Assembly (NCBI GenBank): GCA_045837725.1
Contig: JBEWZL010000152.1
Coordinates: forward strand, 62,001 to 126,000
DNA length: 64,000 nucleotides
Source of the DNA: Vermamoeba vermiformis
Lineage: Eukaryota
Reading direction: 5' to 3'
A program made the position numbers and the translations under genes. The notes under the pieces are model-generated. The model saw nothing but the letters and a program-made list of their open reading frames with translations. It did no database searches and was not told the DNA's origin. Positions 1-12,285 of the stretch are shown piece after piece. Positions within the stretch are counted from its first letter, which is position 1. Each line of letters opens with the position of its first letter.

Positions 1-3000
1 TGATGACGTATTACTCCCCCGGTTCCGGTCTTGCAGTTCTAAAAGATAGCATGGCACTCGTTCAACAGCAATTTTCAACGAAATTTATGTGGACTACTTT
101 ATGGTGTGATCCTGTGTATGGAGGAGGAGACGGGTAAATCTGGATTAACTTCTATATTTAGCTATTACTAACAATTTGTAATCAGTTTTGCATTCGTGCT
201 GGCAAAAGCAGTGCCAGAGACTTTTGCACAGAACAATGGCGGTAGCGGAAGCGATCTTGGAGTCAAGTTGAAAAGCAATGTAGCTATTGTCGGCTACAGT
301 TACGTGCGAAATGAATTCTACGTCGGAAAATGGTACGTTGTACAACCGAATTGGTCAGTGAACTAACATTAATGATTTTTGATATTAGGACGACACCCGT
401 TGCTGACGATATCAGCGCTGTGGTCCCGACATTCCCAAGTCCAATTGAAAGATTGTCCTGCGATCAATCGCATGCCTTTGAAATATCGTACTATCACGGA
501 GTTATTAAGGTACGTCAATTTGCACAAATTCTATTTCAAATACTTAACTTTTTTTTCAGTTGCAAGTGAACGGAGTTTTTCTGTTCGCAGCGGAACTTGC
601 ATTAGAGCCGCAAGCGCCCTACACTATTGGATTTACTGGAACTAATGGCCAATCTTCGTTCACACAAGTATTCAGCAAATGGTCGTTCAAATCAATGCCG
701 GATCTCGAAGAGCAATGGAGCATTACCGATTTTTACCAACAGCGTAACTCATTTTCAATTCTTGGAACTGCCTATGTCTCAAATTCCACCGCACTTGGTT
801 ATCTTAACACCCTCACTGGTTTGGTGAACAATACGGATAATGTCGGAGGCTTCATTTACAATACTCCGTTTCCAGCCCACAACGGTTTTGTCAGCACGTT
901 TTCTTGGTATTCTCCTTACCGCGCCTTTTGCAATGTAATGTCTATCTTCGACGGGTAAGCCAATCAGTAACAATAGAGCTAGCTCTAATGAAGTACATAG
1001 GTTCACCATCTGTATTAACATCGGATCCGTTGGTGTTGCAAATGCAAAATGTTTCGTACAACGATTTAGGTATTCGAAATCTACGCAACGTCGTGTCAAT
1101 TACAGTGCAAGAGCTAAATGATAAAGCCACCGTTTGTCAATGGTAATAGTTCATCATCGTGGATTCTAATGGTTCTAATTGTTGCGTAGGATTGAGCACC
1201 AAAATACCGCTGCGACAGATTTTCGTATGGCCGAAGAATATTGCCGTAATTTTCCTTTACCACGCTCAGCCTGCGCTATTTCTCCCTACACTGTCTACAT
1301 ACCTTTCGAAATCAACTTGACTGACCAGCAGCTATCTGTAAGTCATAAAAACTATCGTTTGTCCTCACTAATACTTGGTACAGTTAATCGCTCAAGACAC
1401 AGGCACCGTTGAATTTTCAGTTCCGCTAACACTTCCTCCAAGTTCGTACTACATTGGTATCCTAGCAGCGAATCATCACCAAGGGAAACGGAATTTGAAA
1501 GCTTGGAATCTGAAGTTACCACCAACTGCCAATCATTTCAGTTTCTCGTTAAGCAATCACACTGGCTATTTTGAGACCTACAATACGAATCCTTTAGAGA
1601 ATAACAACCAAGTGGTTATCGATGTGGGAACAAATGGATTGGTTGTTCATAAGGTACCCGTCCCCGCTCACTTTGGATTCACAACTTCGTTTGCCTGGAG
1701 TCCTGCAAACTGTTACGACACAGCTGGCTTCAGTTTCTTCCTCACCAAGACGAAGCCGTCAGATGTCACGGTGAAATCGGACGATGAAACCGGTCGTATT
1801 GCAACTGCAGGACTATCGAGCCTGACTTCGATTTCATTCAGCACTGCTTCAAAACAATTCAAGGCCTACTTCGGGTAACATTTTGACTGTACTGTGAATT
1901 ATATGGACATTACTTAACGAAATTACAGCTCGACTTTTGGTGACGCAGCCATTTTCTCTTCCGCCAAATTGAACAGCATGGACTTTTGTCAAACCCGAAA
2001 CTACGTGATCGAGTACACGACTGCCAATATAATACATGTACGCTTATGATTTTATATTCTACGAGCTAATTATTGACAGGTGTTCGTTGATGATGAGCTC
2101 TTAATGTCAATTGAAAACCGAACTCGTACTGCCATTGATCCGTCAGTCTATTATGTTGGAATTGGTGGCATTGGTGGAACTTTCACCGGTTGGAATTTCA
2201 CCACAGTAGCGCCGATTAAACAGCACTTTGATTTCGGATTCAACAACCGATCTGAAATTGATACTCTTGGCACAGCAGCAATCGTTGACAACAAACTTCG
2301 ATTGACCACTGGAGGCAGCGAGTCAGGCGTTGGCTTGTACCCATCGATGATCTATGCTACACACTGGCTTCAACTCGAGTCTCACATGGACTCCCTCGAA
2401 TTGCGACGCTGCAAACAATGGCGCTGACGGGTATGACACGTGTTATCAGTGGACCTTTCCGCGGTTTTGAAAGTTCTAACAATGTTATATAGCTTCACTC
2501 TTTTCTTGACGAAAACACATCCTCTACACTCCGAGGTATATTCATCAAGTGGTGGCCTGTTAGGTGTGCGTGCCATGTCGAACGTAGTGATGTTCGCGTA
2601 CAGTGCGACATACAACGAGTTTTATGTTTGCAACTGGTACGCATACCACTGGTTACCCTACACGATTGCTAATCCTTGTATCGATATTAAGGACGACTCC
2701 ACTTCAATATAATTTCAGGTACATTTGCAACTACGTGCTTCCAGTACCAGGACCGAAGATGACTTGTCCAAACAGTTACATATTCAGCTACTCTTATGAT
2801 CACGAGACATTCACAGTACGTGCACATTATTCTCGTTTTGATTGAGTTCGTACTGACGAACACGTGACTTGTTTTTAGCTTTCAGTGAACGGAACTCAAC
2901 AGTTCACAGCCTCGTTGATGCTTGAACCAGTGCCGTATTTTGTTGGTCTTTCAGGAGCAACAGGAGGAGGATACTTCACACAAGATGTCTCTGGTTGGTC

Positions 3001-3022
3001 GTTCGAGAGCATTGCGTTGTAA
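1..3022 (+). CDS. Multi-exon protein with at least 4 tandem L-type (legume/ConA-like) lectin domains; 5' end lies outside the window
   Basis: Repeated lectin motifs F-x-T-x-F-x-W, GGDG/GADG, IGFTGTNG...WSF and VGLSGATGG...VSGWSF, joined by GT-AG introns. Stop TAA at 3020-3022. One apparent frameshift near 2360. Confidence 0.75.
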
Positions 3023-3111
3023 TCTCCAGGAGTGCTAATGACGTATTGTAATTTGTTCAGTGTGAATTTAAACGCGATTCGCTGGCTTCAGAATTGTAAA
3101 ACATTTTTCTT

Positions 3112-5281
3112 TCAGTACACCCGAACTGCAGCTGGATACACAGTCTTTACAACCTGAAAGGGTTCATCATGATGTATGTGAATAACGTTGACATTGGGGT
3201 ACTGTGCGTGAGATGTTGGGTACTTGAACTCGTCTGTTTCAGGAGCGATTGTGAAGTGCACTAACCAGGCTTGTTGAGCACCAATTTGCACGGCATAATC
3301 ATGTGCGTGTTTGAAGTGTGCATTGATGTCTGCCAGTGGTGCATTTGCGACAAATTCAAGGACACATTTTTGCTCTCCTTGATACAACAAAACGCTACAA
3401 CGAGAGTCACTAGATGTAGACCCTCGAACGTTAACTTGTGGCAAGATGATAACAAACGGTGGCAGCCATGCGCGTAGAATGGAATAAAACTCTGCTAAGT
3501 ACACTGCCTCTTCAGGAGCACGTTTCTCCCGTGGAAACTCCTGGCGTGCGACACATCTTGTAGGCGTGAGTATAGGCACTGGCCATAGTCGGCACATCAA
3601 AGCACTCCAACACCCTTGGCATGATAGTTGGAATAGTATCTTCTTGAAAAAAGTACGGAGCAGCTGTGTCGGGAACTCGTCGCTGATCCACGGGCAATAC
3701 TTCGTAATTCAACAGCGTGTAGAGGAGCGGAGATGGGACTTTGAAAGTCTGACTGTCCAAGGCCACGAGTGCCCCCTCGGCCACAAGATACTCTCCAAGT
3801 TTTATCATCTCTTTTGTGCCGACTTCAACGGGTTTGAGTCCGCCAGCCATCACCATTCGCAAAAACCTCCGCGCTTCGAACGCTCGTTGGATTTCTTCCT
3901 GGGATCGGTTAGTGTCACTTTTGGTCAGTGCCAATTGCGTTGTCATCTTTGACATTGTTTGCCAGTTCTTGATCGTAGTCGTGACTAACTTGGTCGTGGC
4001 GAATCTAATCCAAAGATTGTAATCTGTCGCCATTCTCGGATCCAGCTCCGCAATGGCTTTGCCACACATGCAAACGAGTCCAGCATGGCCAGCAGTGCGT
4101 TGATGAATATCACTGATGACGTCATCGATCACACCAGCGTTGTTTTGGCGAAGTAACATGCCTACTTGATCTCTAGTCCAGTACTGAATTCTAACAGACT
4201 CGGCGAAATTGAACGGCGAGGCAGTTTCCACGCCGAGCTTCAGGATGCTTGACGGACCAATAGCCACGACAGAGTGTAAGCAGCGCGTGTCAGCTGAGTG
4301 CTTGTAGGCACGCAAAGGGCGCGAATGAACTCATCACGTTCTTTTCTTGGTACTTCGTAGAGTCGGTCGTATTCGTCAATAAAAAACACAACTTTCTTGC
4401 CACGGAAAAACTTCTGCATGTTACTCGAGCTAAATAGTTGTACGAATGCCTCATGAGAGTCGATTGCAGGGATAGAGGGTATTGAAGAGGTTCAAGCCGT
4501 GCCAAATGAGCACCAAAAGTTACCAGGTTGAACAAACTGCATTGTAACGTAGATGCAAAAAAACGACTCTTTTAACTGATTAATGGCTCTAAATGCTCGC
4601 GTAGATTTGCCTGACCCACGAGCGCCATAGAGCATGATGTAACTTCCTGCTCGAATTGTAGGGAGAAGATTCTTCTCGTTCTCTTCTTTCGGATCGAGCA
4701 CTTCGAAGTGGTTGTATTGAGAAACCAGTATAGCACCACTTATGGTAAATTTCTTGCTCAGCTTTGCCGCGTTTGAAAACCCGCATTGCTCTTTTGCACT
4801 AAAGAGCCGCGAAGGATCGAGAAACGTCCTTGTAGCTAAAATAACGTGTTAAAAACGAATCGCTGATTATTTATTAAAATACGTTATTGTAACGTACCAG
4901 GACGGGCTCGAAAACTGAAAAAGCTGGCACCAGATTTGGATTTCGATTTTAAATTTTTCGACTTGCTCTCTGCAAACACCTTCTTCTTAGAAAAATTCGA
5001 TAAAAGTTCTGGATTAAATTATTATTGGCAAAAAACCAGAAGGAAAATACTTGGAGATCCGGGATGCAGACCAGGGCAAGCAGCCCGACAGCTCGCAAGT
5101 AAGTTACTTGAACGAGCGAGCATTGGGGTAAGGAGAACGGCCTCCGTGGAATTTCTCTTTTTGTTCTCTTGTGGCTTTCATTTAATAAAATAAAAAAAAC
5201 AGTCGTCTTGGTGTCGCGACGGACTTCCCTCGATATTTCTCTACCAGGGCACCTCACACAGGTATATTTTTTAGCCGCCAT
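3112..5281 (-). pseudogene. P-loop (AAA+/STAND-like) NTPase fused to a C-terminal PD-(D/E)xK restriction-endonuclease-like domain, Crinkler/RHS-type effector architecture; disrupted
   Basis: Walker A LYGARGSGKST and Walker B KVVFFIDEYD. C-terminal EAVYLAEFY..L..W...ILPQV....RCSVLL....CVLEF. In-frame TGA at 4492-4494 and frameshifts near 4317 and 3535. The 5' exon structure is uncertain. Confidence 0.65.
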
Positions 5282-5364
5282 ATTATTATTTATGTTTCAA
5301 TAGGCAACCATCAAAAGAAACTCTCAATTACTGTCAACATTGCTAATAATTTCAAAGAACTGAA

Positions 5365-5917
5365 ATGACAGATCAGACAGCGCAACCAACGATCTACAAA
5401 GGACAATGCCCTTGTGGGACGGTTCATTTTGAGCTAACAGTGGATAAATGGGAGGATGTAACTCAGATCTACTGTCATTGCGCGGATTGTCGCGGATGGC
5501 ACTCGGCTCCATTTGTATTCGAAATTGTCGTTCCTAAAGGACTACTAAAAACAACAAAAGTAAGTGTAACAATTATAAAAAGAAAGATACGCAGCGATAA
5601 ATACGAGGAAATTCATCGCCACGTGCCAGATCTAATTTGTGATTTAGGGACTAGACAGCATTGTAATTCGAAGACAAACTCCAAATGGTTGCTTTAGAGG
5701 CTTCTGTAAGGAATGCGGCACACGCTTGACGACCGGTTTCGGCGAAGAGATCCCAGTTGAAGGAGTTTTTCCATCAGTGTTTCCTTCATTCCCTTTCAAA
5801 GCAACTGTTCACCTCCATTACAGCGAGAAGATTGTCTCGGTTCACGATGGATTACCAAAGTATAAGAACTGCCCTCCAGAAATGGGTGGAAACTGCTCGG
5901 ATGAGCTTCCAGAATAA
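5365..5917 (+). CDS. GFA/CENP-V family zinc-binding protein (glutathione-dependent formaldehyde-activating enzyme-like)
   Basis: GQCPCGTV, YCHCADCR and RGFCKECGT motifs. Intron 5560-5647 joins the exons in frame. Confidence 0.88.
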
Positions 5918-5979
5918 AATAATGTAAAGAATAAACGCTAATTTCATTTTATCTAGATTGAACCATATTTAGGTATGTT

Positions 5980-7867
5980 TTAGGCCAGCATTGCTACAAA
6001 GAACAAAAGCGTTGCAAAAGGAGGTGCGATCTGCTCCACCCCGCTCGCCACACGTGACTGGGGAGCGTTGCTTGGGGAGTTACTGTTACTCGAAGGACTA
6101 TTCGGTGCAGCGGGGACAGGTGGCACATAGAACTCAAAAGCTCCAAGATCCGGCGAATCTCCGCTATAATCCAGTGACACGAAATCTCCGTTGTTGAACG
6201 AGATCGGAGTCGCAACGGTCAAAATCTTTGTGTCATAATCGACGTTTGTGACCATGACTGCGTCGTTAGAGCCGACCCTAATCATATCACCATCAATTAA
6301 GCCATATCCATCAATAAAGTAGTACGGATCTTCAACTGGAATAGTGGTTGTAGCGGATCCGCTCGCAGTGGTTTTGGTCAGGTGAACTCCCGCGTCAATT
6401 GCTTTAGAATCAGGGCGCAAGTGAAAGTCCATATTTTTCTCGTCGACGAAGCCAGGATTGAATTCGTAATTGCTCTTGAAAACGCCAGGGTACTTATCCG
6501 TCGCCTCCGTTAAGTTCCAGCGATGCTCTGAGGTTTCTAACCAAAATAATGAGATATCACCAGGCTTGTCGGTGGTAGCATCAGCATTAAGGATAATATT
6601 GGCCTCAAAGTAGGCGTGGTCCTGCGCAAAAGCATCGCCCCATTTGTATTCAGGATACGCGTGGAACGTCTCAAAACCGATCGTGTAATTGCCGTACGTG
6701 GAATATTGCTCATAATCTCCACCAGTTTTGCTTCGGTACATAATATTGTTGACGAAGACGTTGTCGTACATCAAGGCGTAGTCTTTTTGGTTGACTTTAA
6801 GTGCGTAGTAGCCACACTCGAACATAATATTATTGTAGAAGCGATTATGGACGCAGCTCAGGTTTCGGCTTTGGAATACCTACGTAAGTAATTAATAAAA
6901 AGAATTCCAGAAAAAAAACGATCCGAATCCACGTACGAAAGAATTCAGTACGAAGCAATGATCGGCAGCATTTGCCCCATCAGACTTAGCAATAATGTTT
7001 CTACGAACAATAGCCTTTTCTTGGGCTACTTGAACGCCAGTTTTCGGGTAACTTGTACCAGCTCCCGCGTACAAAAGAATGTTGTCTTGGATAACAGCAT
7101 GAGTTGTTCCGCGGTGCACGTAGAAGCCACCACCCCAATACGACTCGACTATATTATGTTGCATAATGACATGAGAGCTAAAAGAGGTGTCGAATTCGAT
7201 GACGTCAATAGCGGCGTGAGCTCCATATGAAAAGTGGTTGTACTCGATAAGAACGTAAGTAGATCCCAAAATGTAAACGTTATCTGACTCGCCTATATTC
7301 GAATAATATTAATATTGCGGTTAGATATATAATTCTGTAATATTTGCCTTGATCCAAAGCATTTCCGCTCTTATAAAAAGTATTGTTTCTAACGACCACG
7401 TTGTTGCATTGGCGAACCTGAAGGCCGGTATTATCGCATTCTCCAAAGAATGTGTTGGTGATTGTTGAGTTGTGGGCACCAGAAAGAACCATCCAAATGC
7501 CTGCCTCGCTACAAGTTTCGAAACGCAATCCATCCACGACGAACGACGAGCCAAATAAATTCAAAAACACTCCATATGTAGGAGCTCCAGTAATGATAGG
7601 GACTTCGCCGGGATACGCCGCTAAAGTCACAGGCTTTGAAAAATCCGCATTTGGATTAGTTGCACCGTGGATGTACACCGAGTCGTAGGTACCACCGCGA
7701 AAATATCCGGTATCACCAGGTTGAAGAGCATTTAACTTTCCAGGCGATTTCCAAGGCGAAGAAAGGGAGCCATCGTTGAGGTCGTCTCCAGATGGCGAAA
7801 CGTAGTAGGTCGCGCTGAAGATAGAGCCAGCAAAAGCGAAAATGACGGCCAATTGCACGAGCTTCAT
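5980..7867 (-). CDS. Secreted, probably GPI-anchored right-handed parallel beta-helix (pectin lyase-like) protein
   Basis: Signal peptide, TYYVSPSGDDLNDGSLSSPWKS, PGDT..FRGGTY, PbH1-like repeats, DFHLRPDSKAIDAG, PDLGAFE, Ser/Pro stalk and hydrophobic tail. Two introns. Confidence 0.8.
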
Positions 7868-8043
7868 TACTATTAACCAATTAGAGAAAATTAAAAAAGT
7901 CGATTAAGTTGTCGTTCCAACGCGTTCTTACTAAAATTTCCTTTTTTCAAATTTCTGTAAATTTTCCATTATGACCACGCGCGCAGTAACTAGAACTTCT
8001 TGCAGTATTTAAAGCACTACCAATGGAGATCTCGAAAGCGATT

Positions 8044-8165
8044 CTAGTCGAAGGAGTTTTCTATTCGTTCACTGTTTCCTTCATTCCCTTTCAAAGCAAC
8101 CGTTCACCCCATACACCGAGAAGAGCCAACGGATGGAACGAAAGAGCGCCCCAGATGAGCGGCCA
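8044..8165 (+). pseudogene. Decayed copy of the 3' exon of the GFA gene
   Basis: 8073-8100 is identical over 28 nt to 5778-5805. Flanks remain alignable with indels. Confidence 0.75.
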
Positions 8166-8795
8166 AAGCCTGTTGGCGACAGAACTTTTGTTTTATCCAA
8201 AAATAAAATAAATCGTTCTTCTGTGGTATCTAAATTAACTATTATTAGTAGCGGTTTAAACGAACAGTCAAATGTCCAAAGCTAAAGAAGTATATTTACA
8301 ATACTAAGCCCAAGTAAAAATCGAATAAAAATTTGAATAAATTAATTTAATCTTCGTTCATACATACCGCCACAATTAATTAATTTTACGTATCTACTGC
8401 CATAAAATAACTACAGATTAAATGTTGCAGTTGGGATCCAAGACGGACCAAGTTGAGATCGATCATAACTAAACCAATGCTGACGTACACAGGTTTTTTT
8501 ATCTAGCATTATCGTTGCAGTGGCAACCATGAAGGAGTTACTTCATGACTGGCTAGGCACGAGCTTTGCACGAGATGTGGTGTGACACGTCAAAGAAGAA
8601 AAGTAAGAGCTACCCTGGGCGGAAACTGCTCTAACGAGAGAATAAGGCCAATAATAAACACCAATTTATCGAGTTTTACTTTACAATACAGGAATAACCA
8701 CAAGCAAAACAGGCTATTTACATCGTCGTTCGAACTGCAACTTCGCTGCTAACTCTATTTTACAAAATGAAGTTTCGTCCGAGGCCAATCAGATC

Positions 8796-11525
8796 TTATT
8801 TCAATGGGGGAGGCAACTTGTCTTTGCGCAAGGGGCAATATGAAATGTCCATCATAGTGCCTGTCGTTTGTTCCAATGCGCTCGTCAAGAAGTCAGCCAA
8901 AATTCTCGCCCATCGGAAGTTGCAGATGCGCGAGAACGCTCGGATGCAGAGCTCAGCTTGATCAGCGTACTTATCAACATCAACTGCTGTCATCTGCAGG
9001 TTGACGAAGGCGGCAAAGTAAATAGGAACCAAAGCAGGGAACTTTGGTGAGTCGAACAGACTGGCCTGGATCGTGGCACGAGATGCGTGAGCAGCAGCGT
9101 CTTCTTTGTTGCCAATGAGCCAGAACTCCATGGCCAACAAGCCTTCTTCAACCAGCTTTCTGTAAGATCGATTGCCGTCGTAGACTTGTTTGTAACGAGC
9201 TTCTTCCATGAGCGACTTCATGTCACGGAACAAGCCGAGCAAGTGATCGCGGAGTTGATCCGCAATGATCTGTTGTTGATTGCTGCTTCCACTAGCAGGC
9301 TTCTCGTTGAACTTGTGCAGTTCGGGTGTGCAGAGAGTCATGATCCACAAGAACAGCGAGTAGATCTGGACGTCACGACGACCGCGTTGTTTGGCCCATT
9401 CGAAGCCAGCACGCAGGGTGGCAATATCCAAGTTGTAAGTCAAGCGAGACCAGACTGCCGTTTCATAAACGGGCATGTCCAAGATGTCGTTGTGGCCGTT
9501 CTGAACCAAGTTCTCGAGCAAGTGATGAGCGTGAGCGTTGTAGAATCGGGCCTTGGTAGCATCACCACCAGATCCAAAGTAGAACGAGATTCTGTTGAGA
9601 CCGTCGGCTAACAGAATAATGTCCTTCTTGCTAGTCACCTTCGATTGCAAGAGCGTGTCACCCAATGCAATGGCAGTGTCCCAGAACTTTTCAGCGGCGT
9701 CCATGTAACCAGCGACGCAAGCGCCAACACCGAGCACGGTGTAAACTTGCAGCATAGCTGGGGATTGAGGGTCGGTGAATTCACTGAAAGGTCTGTTGAA
9801 GAACTCTGTAGTGTACAATGATCGCATGGGTGTAGGGAACATTGAATCGAAGACCGTTCGGTAATTTGAGGCGAAGTGGTTCAAAATTACTGAGGGCTTC
9901 AATTTGCACGGGGAGATAACAGAGAACAACTCTGTATCGCACTTAGCAGAGCAAGCTGAGCAACCAACATCACGTCTTTTGGCCTATGTTAAGAATGGAT
10001 TAATTTCCCTATCTTTCATCCGCTCTAATCCTCGCTCTCCTTACCTCATCAGGGAGCTCTTCAATATCGTTGGTAATGGCCTCTTCTTGACGGTGAACGG
10101 GCTCTAATTTAACCTTCTTGTTGGCAGAAACAATTGGAGCAATAGTGTTATTGACAACGCTGTTAACTGGAGGTGCGTTGACGACTTCAGAATGAGCGCT
10201 CTTATATCGCTCACGATCAGTGTCGGTGACCTTGCCCAACACTCTGATGTTCTCTTTTGCGGTCATGGTAATAACATTGCGGTGATCAGGTGTTGCGACT
10301 TCGACGGCCAAAGCCAAGCCATCGCAGTTCTTGTGGATGTCAAGTTTTTCTTTGCCGGTCTCATCATCTGAGCCCAAGTGGTTCATATGGTGCTGTTTGT
10401 TAACACCAACACAGCAACCAATGCGCAATCTAAATTTGACTTCTCCTTCGTCATCAATAATTTCATCACCAGTGCTCAACACCTACATCCGACATAAAAA
10501 TTAGTCATCTAATAATAATCATAACAATATTTAATATGGCATGTAATAGCAATCGACGCCCATAATGCTTTGCACGATATAAATGACTTACCTGAATGAT
10601 CTTGGAGTTGTTTTCCTCATCTGCGTCACTCCAGATTGAGCTTTCATCTCTCTTTCTCTTTCGCTTCGTCAATGCACGATCTTTCTCGCGGCAACGCTTG
10701 CACTTTCTCAAAGGACGGCCTGTCGTGGCACAGTTTCCATGAATTGTAAAATGTAAAGGAACTTTTTTGCCTCCGCTAGCATCTGCAGCTGGATTGCGTC
10801 TCCTGCCGTCGACGAAAGTAATCTTCGGATCGAATACAATAGGATGACCAGACAGTACGGCCTTGCCCTATAATTTGAGGCGCCGCCAGTTAGCGAAATC
10901 TAGAAATTGTGTTGATTTGAATCTCGCTTCTAGAACTTACGTCATTATCAGTAAATCTGCATGTAACGTAGTACCATTGTAATCTATTGAATAAATACTC
11001 TTGCAATTCGATTTCCACTTTCACATCTCGCAAATCGGTTTCGCCGGATGCGGAATTGAACTGGTTGAATGAGCTGAGCTGTACATTTGACTTGATATTA
11101 AGTGGTTGTTGAACAAAATATGAATTATTCTCCGATGAAGACGGATGCGGAGCCTGGGGAAATGGGATTGGGTGAAAGGATGTTTTGTGATAATCCTGTG
11201 TCGTTTGGAAATGACAGTGGCATATCTGCAAAATCTTCCATATCCTCGTATAATAAATTCTCGTCAGTTTCGACTTCATCGTCCCAAACCTTCGACTCCT
11301 TCAAAAAACTAAATCTCGGTTAGAAAAATTATAATAATGATGGCACCAACGCATTAAAACAATTCAAATTATTCATGACCTCGTAGATATTATTATTGGT
11401 CTTTATAATACGATCAAGAGGTTGATTATGGATCTTCACTGAATATTTCAAATTGCAGTTAGGGCGAGAGCTAATTACCTTTCGAGGGACATAGTCATCA
11501 TCGGATCCTGGAACGCGCCTTCCAT
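8796..11525 (-). CDS. Putative transcription factor: acidic N-terminus, Cys/His-containing beta-rich domain with basic NLS, and a helical C-terminal regulatory-type domain
   Basis: Exons join through GT-AG introns. CKRCREK, KRKRKR, LRIGCC..HH and CSAC motifs. Long final exon. Family assignment is inference. Confidence 0.5.
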
Positions 11526-12285
11526 GTTTTTGGTTCGTTCTTGTTCAAAAACGAGCTCTTGTGGCGATTATCCGATGTTTTCAAATATTCTGATGTTCTG
11601 CAAGTTTCTGCTCTGTTATTCTGTTCTCCCGCAGCCTGAGATGCAAGAACACAACTGCGTCAAACTTCTTCGAGTGCTCGAGAGTAAATGAATAGCGAGG
11701 TTTGAAGTTTATTCGACTAGGGTTATTGTTGGCAGTCTGGAGGTGAATCCATCCGGAGTTTTGATAGTATCCACGAAGAACTTATTTATCAACAACTTTT
11801 TTGAAGCAACTTGTAAATACGAGGGTAACCAAATAACGAAAATCAAAAATGCGAGAAATTAAATTATTGGCACTGTTCACAGTAATTGGGCTTGACCTCA
11901 CTTCGCACCGATTAGCTCGTTAATGTACCACGCCTAGCCAAGTAGCTGCAAGGCACGGTCTCCGTCGAACAGTGGCAATCTGACGACCCTTGTGGCCTCG
12001 AGAACAAAACTTTCATGACCAAGCTTCGGACTTGGTGGCTTTGCTCTGTTTCCTCGCAGTTCTACTTACGCAAAACATACGTCGTTCTCCTGCTCTCTTC
12101 ATCGTACTTTGCAGTATGACACGTGATAGAAGCAAGGACAATAGCAATGACGCGATTACTGGATCACTAGTTCCAATGAAGATAACTCGTTGTGTATGGA
12201 TAAGAGGCGTTTATTTTTGGCCTTCGTGGTTAATAGTACAGTATTTACAGTATTTCGCAACTATTTACATGTTGAGTGTTTCAAT

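Noticed and set aside
4492-4494. In-frame TGA as selenocysteine or an alternative genetic code
   Set aside because: The same gene has frameshifts, no SECIS was recognised, and TGA terminates other genes in the window.
9087-9611. Long antisense ORFs (also 12451-12993, 23063-23620, 39966-40397)
   Set aside because: Shadow ORFs opposite codon-biased exons of real genes.
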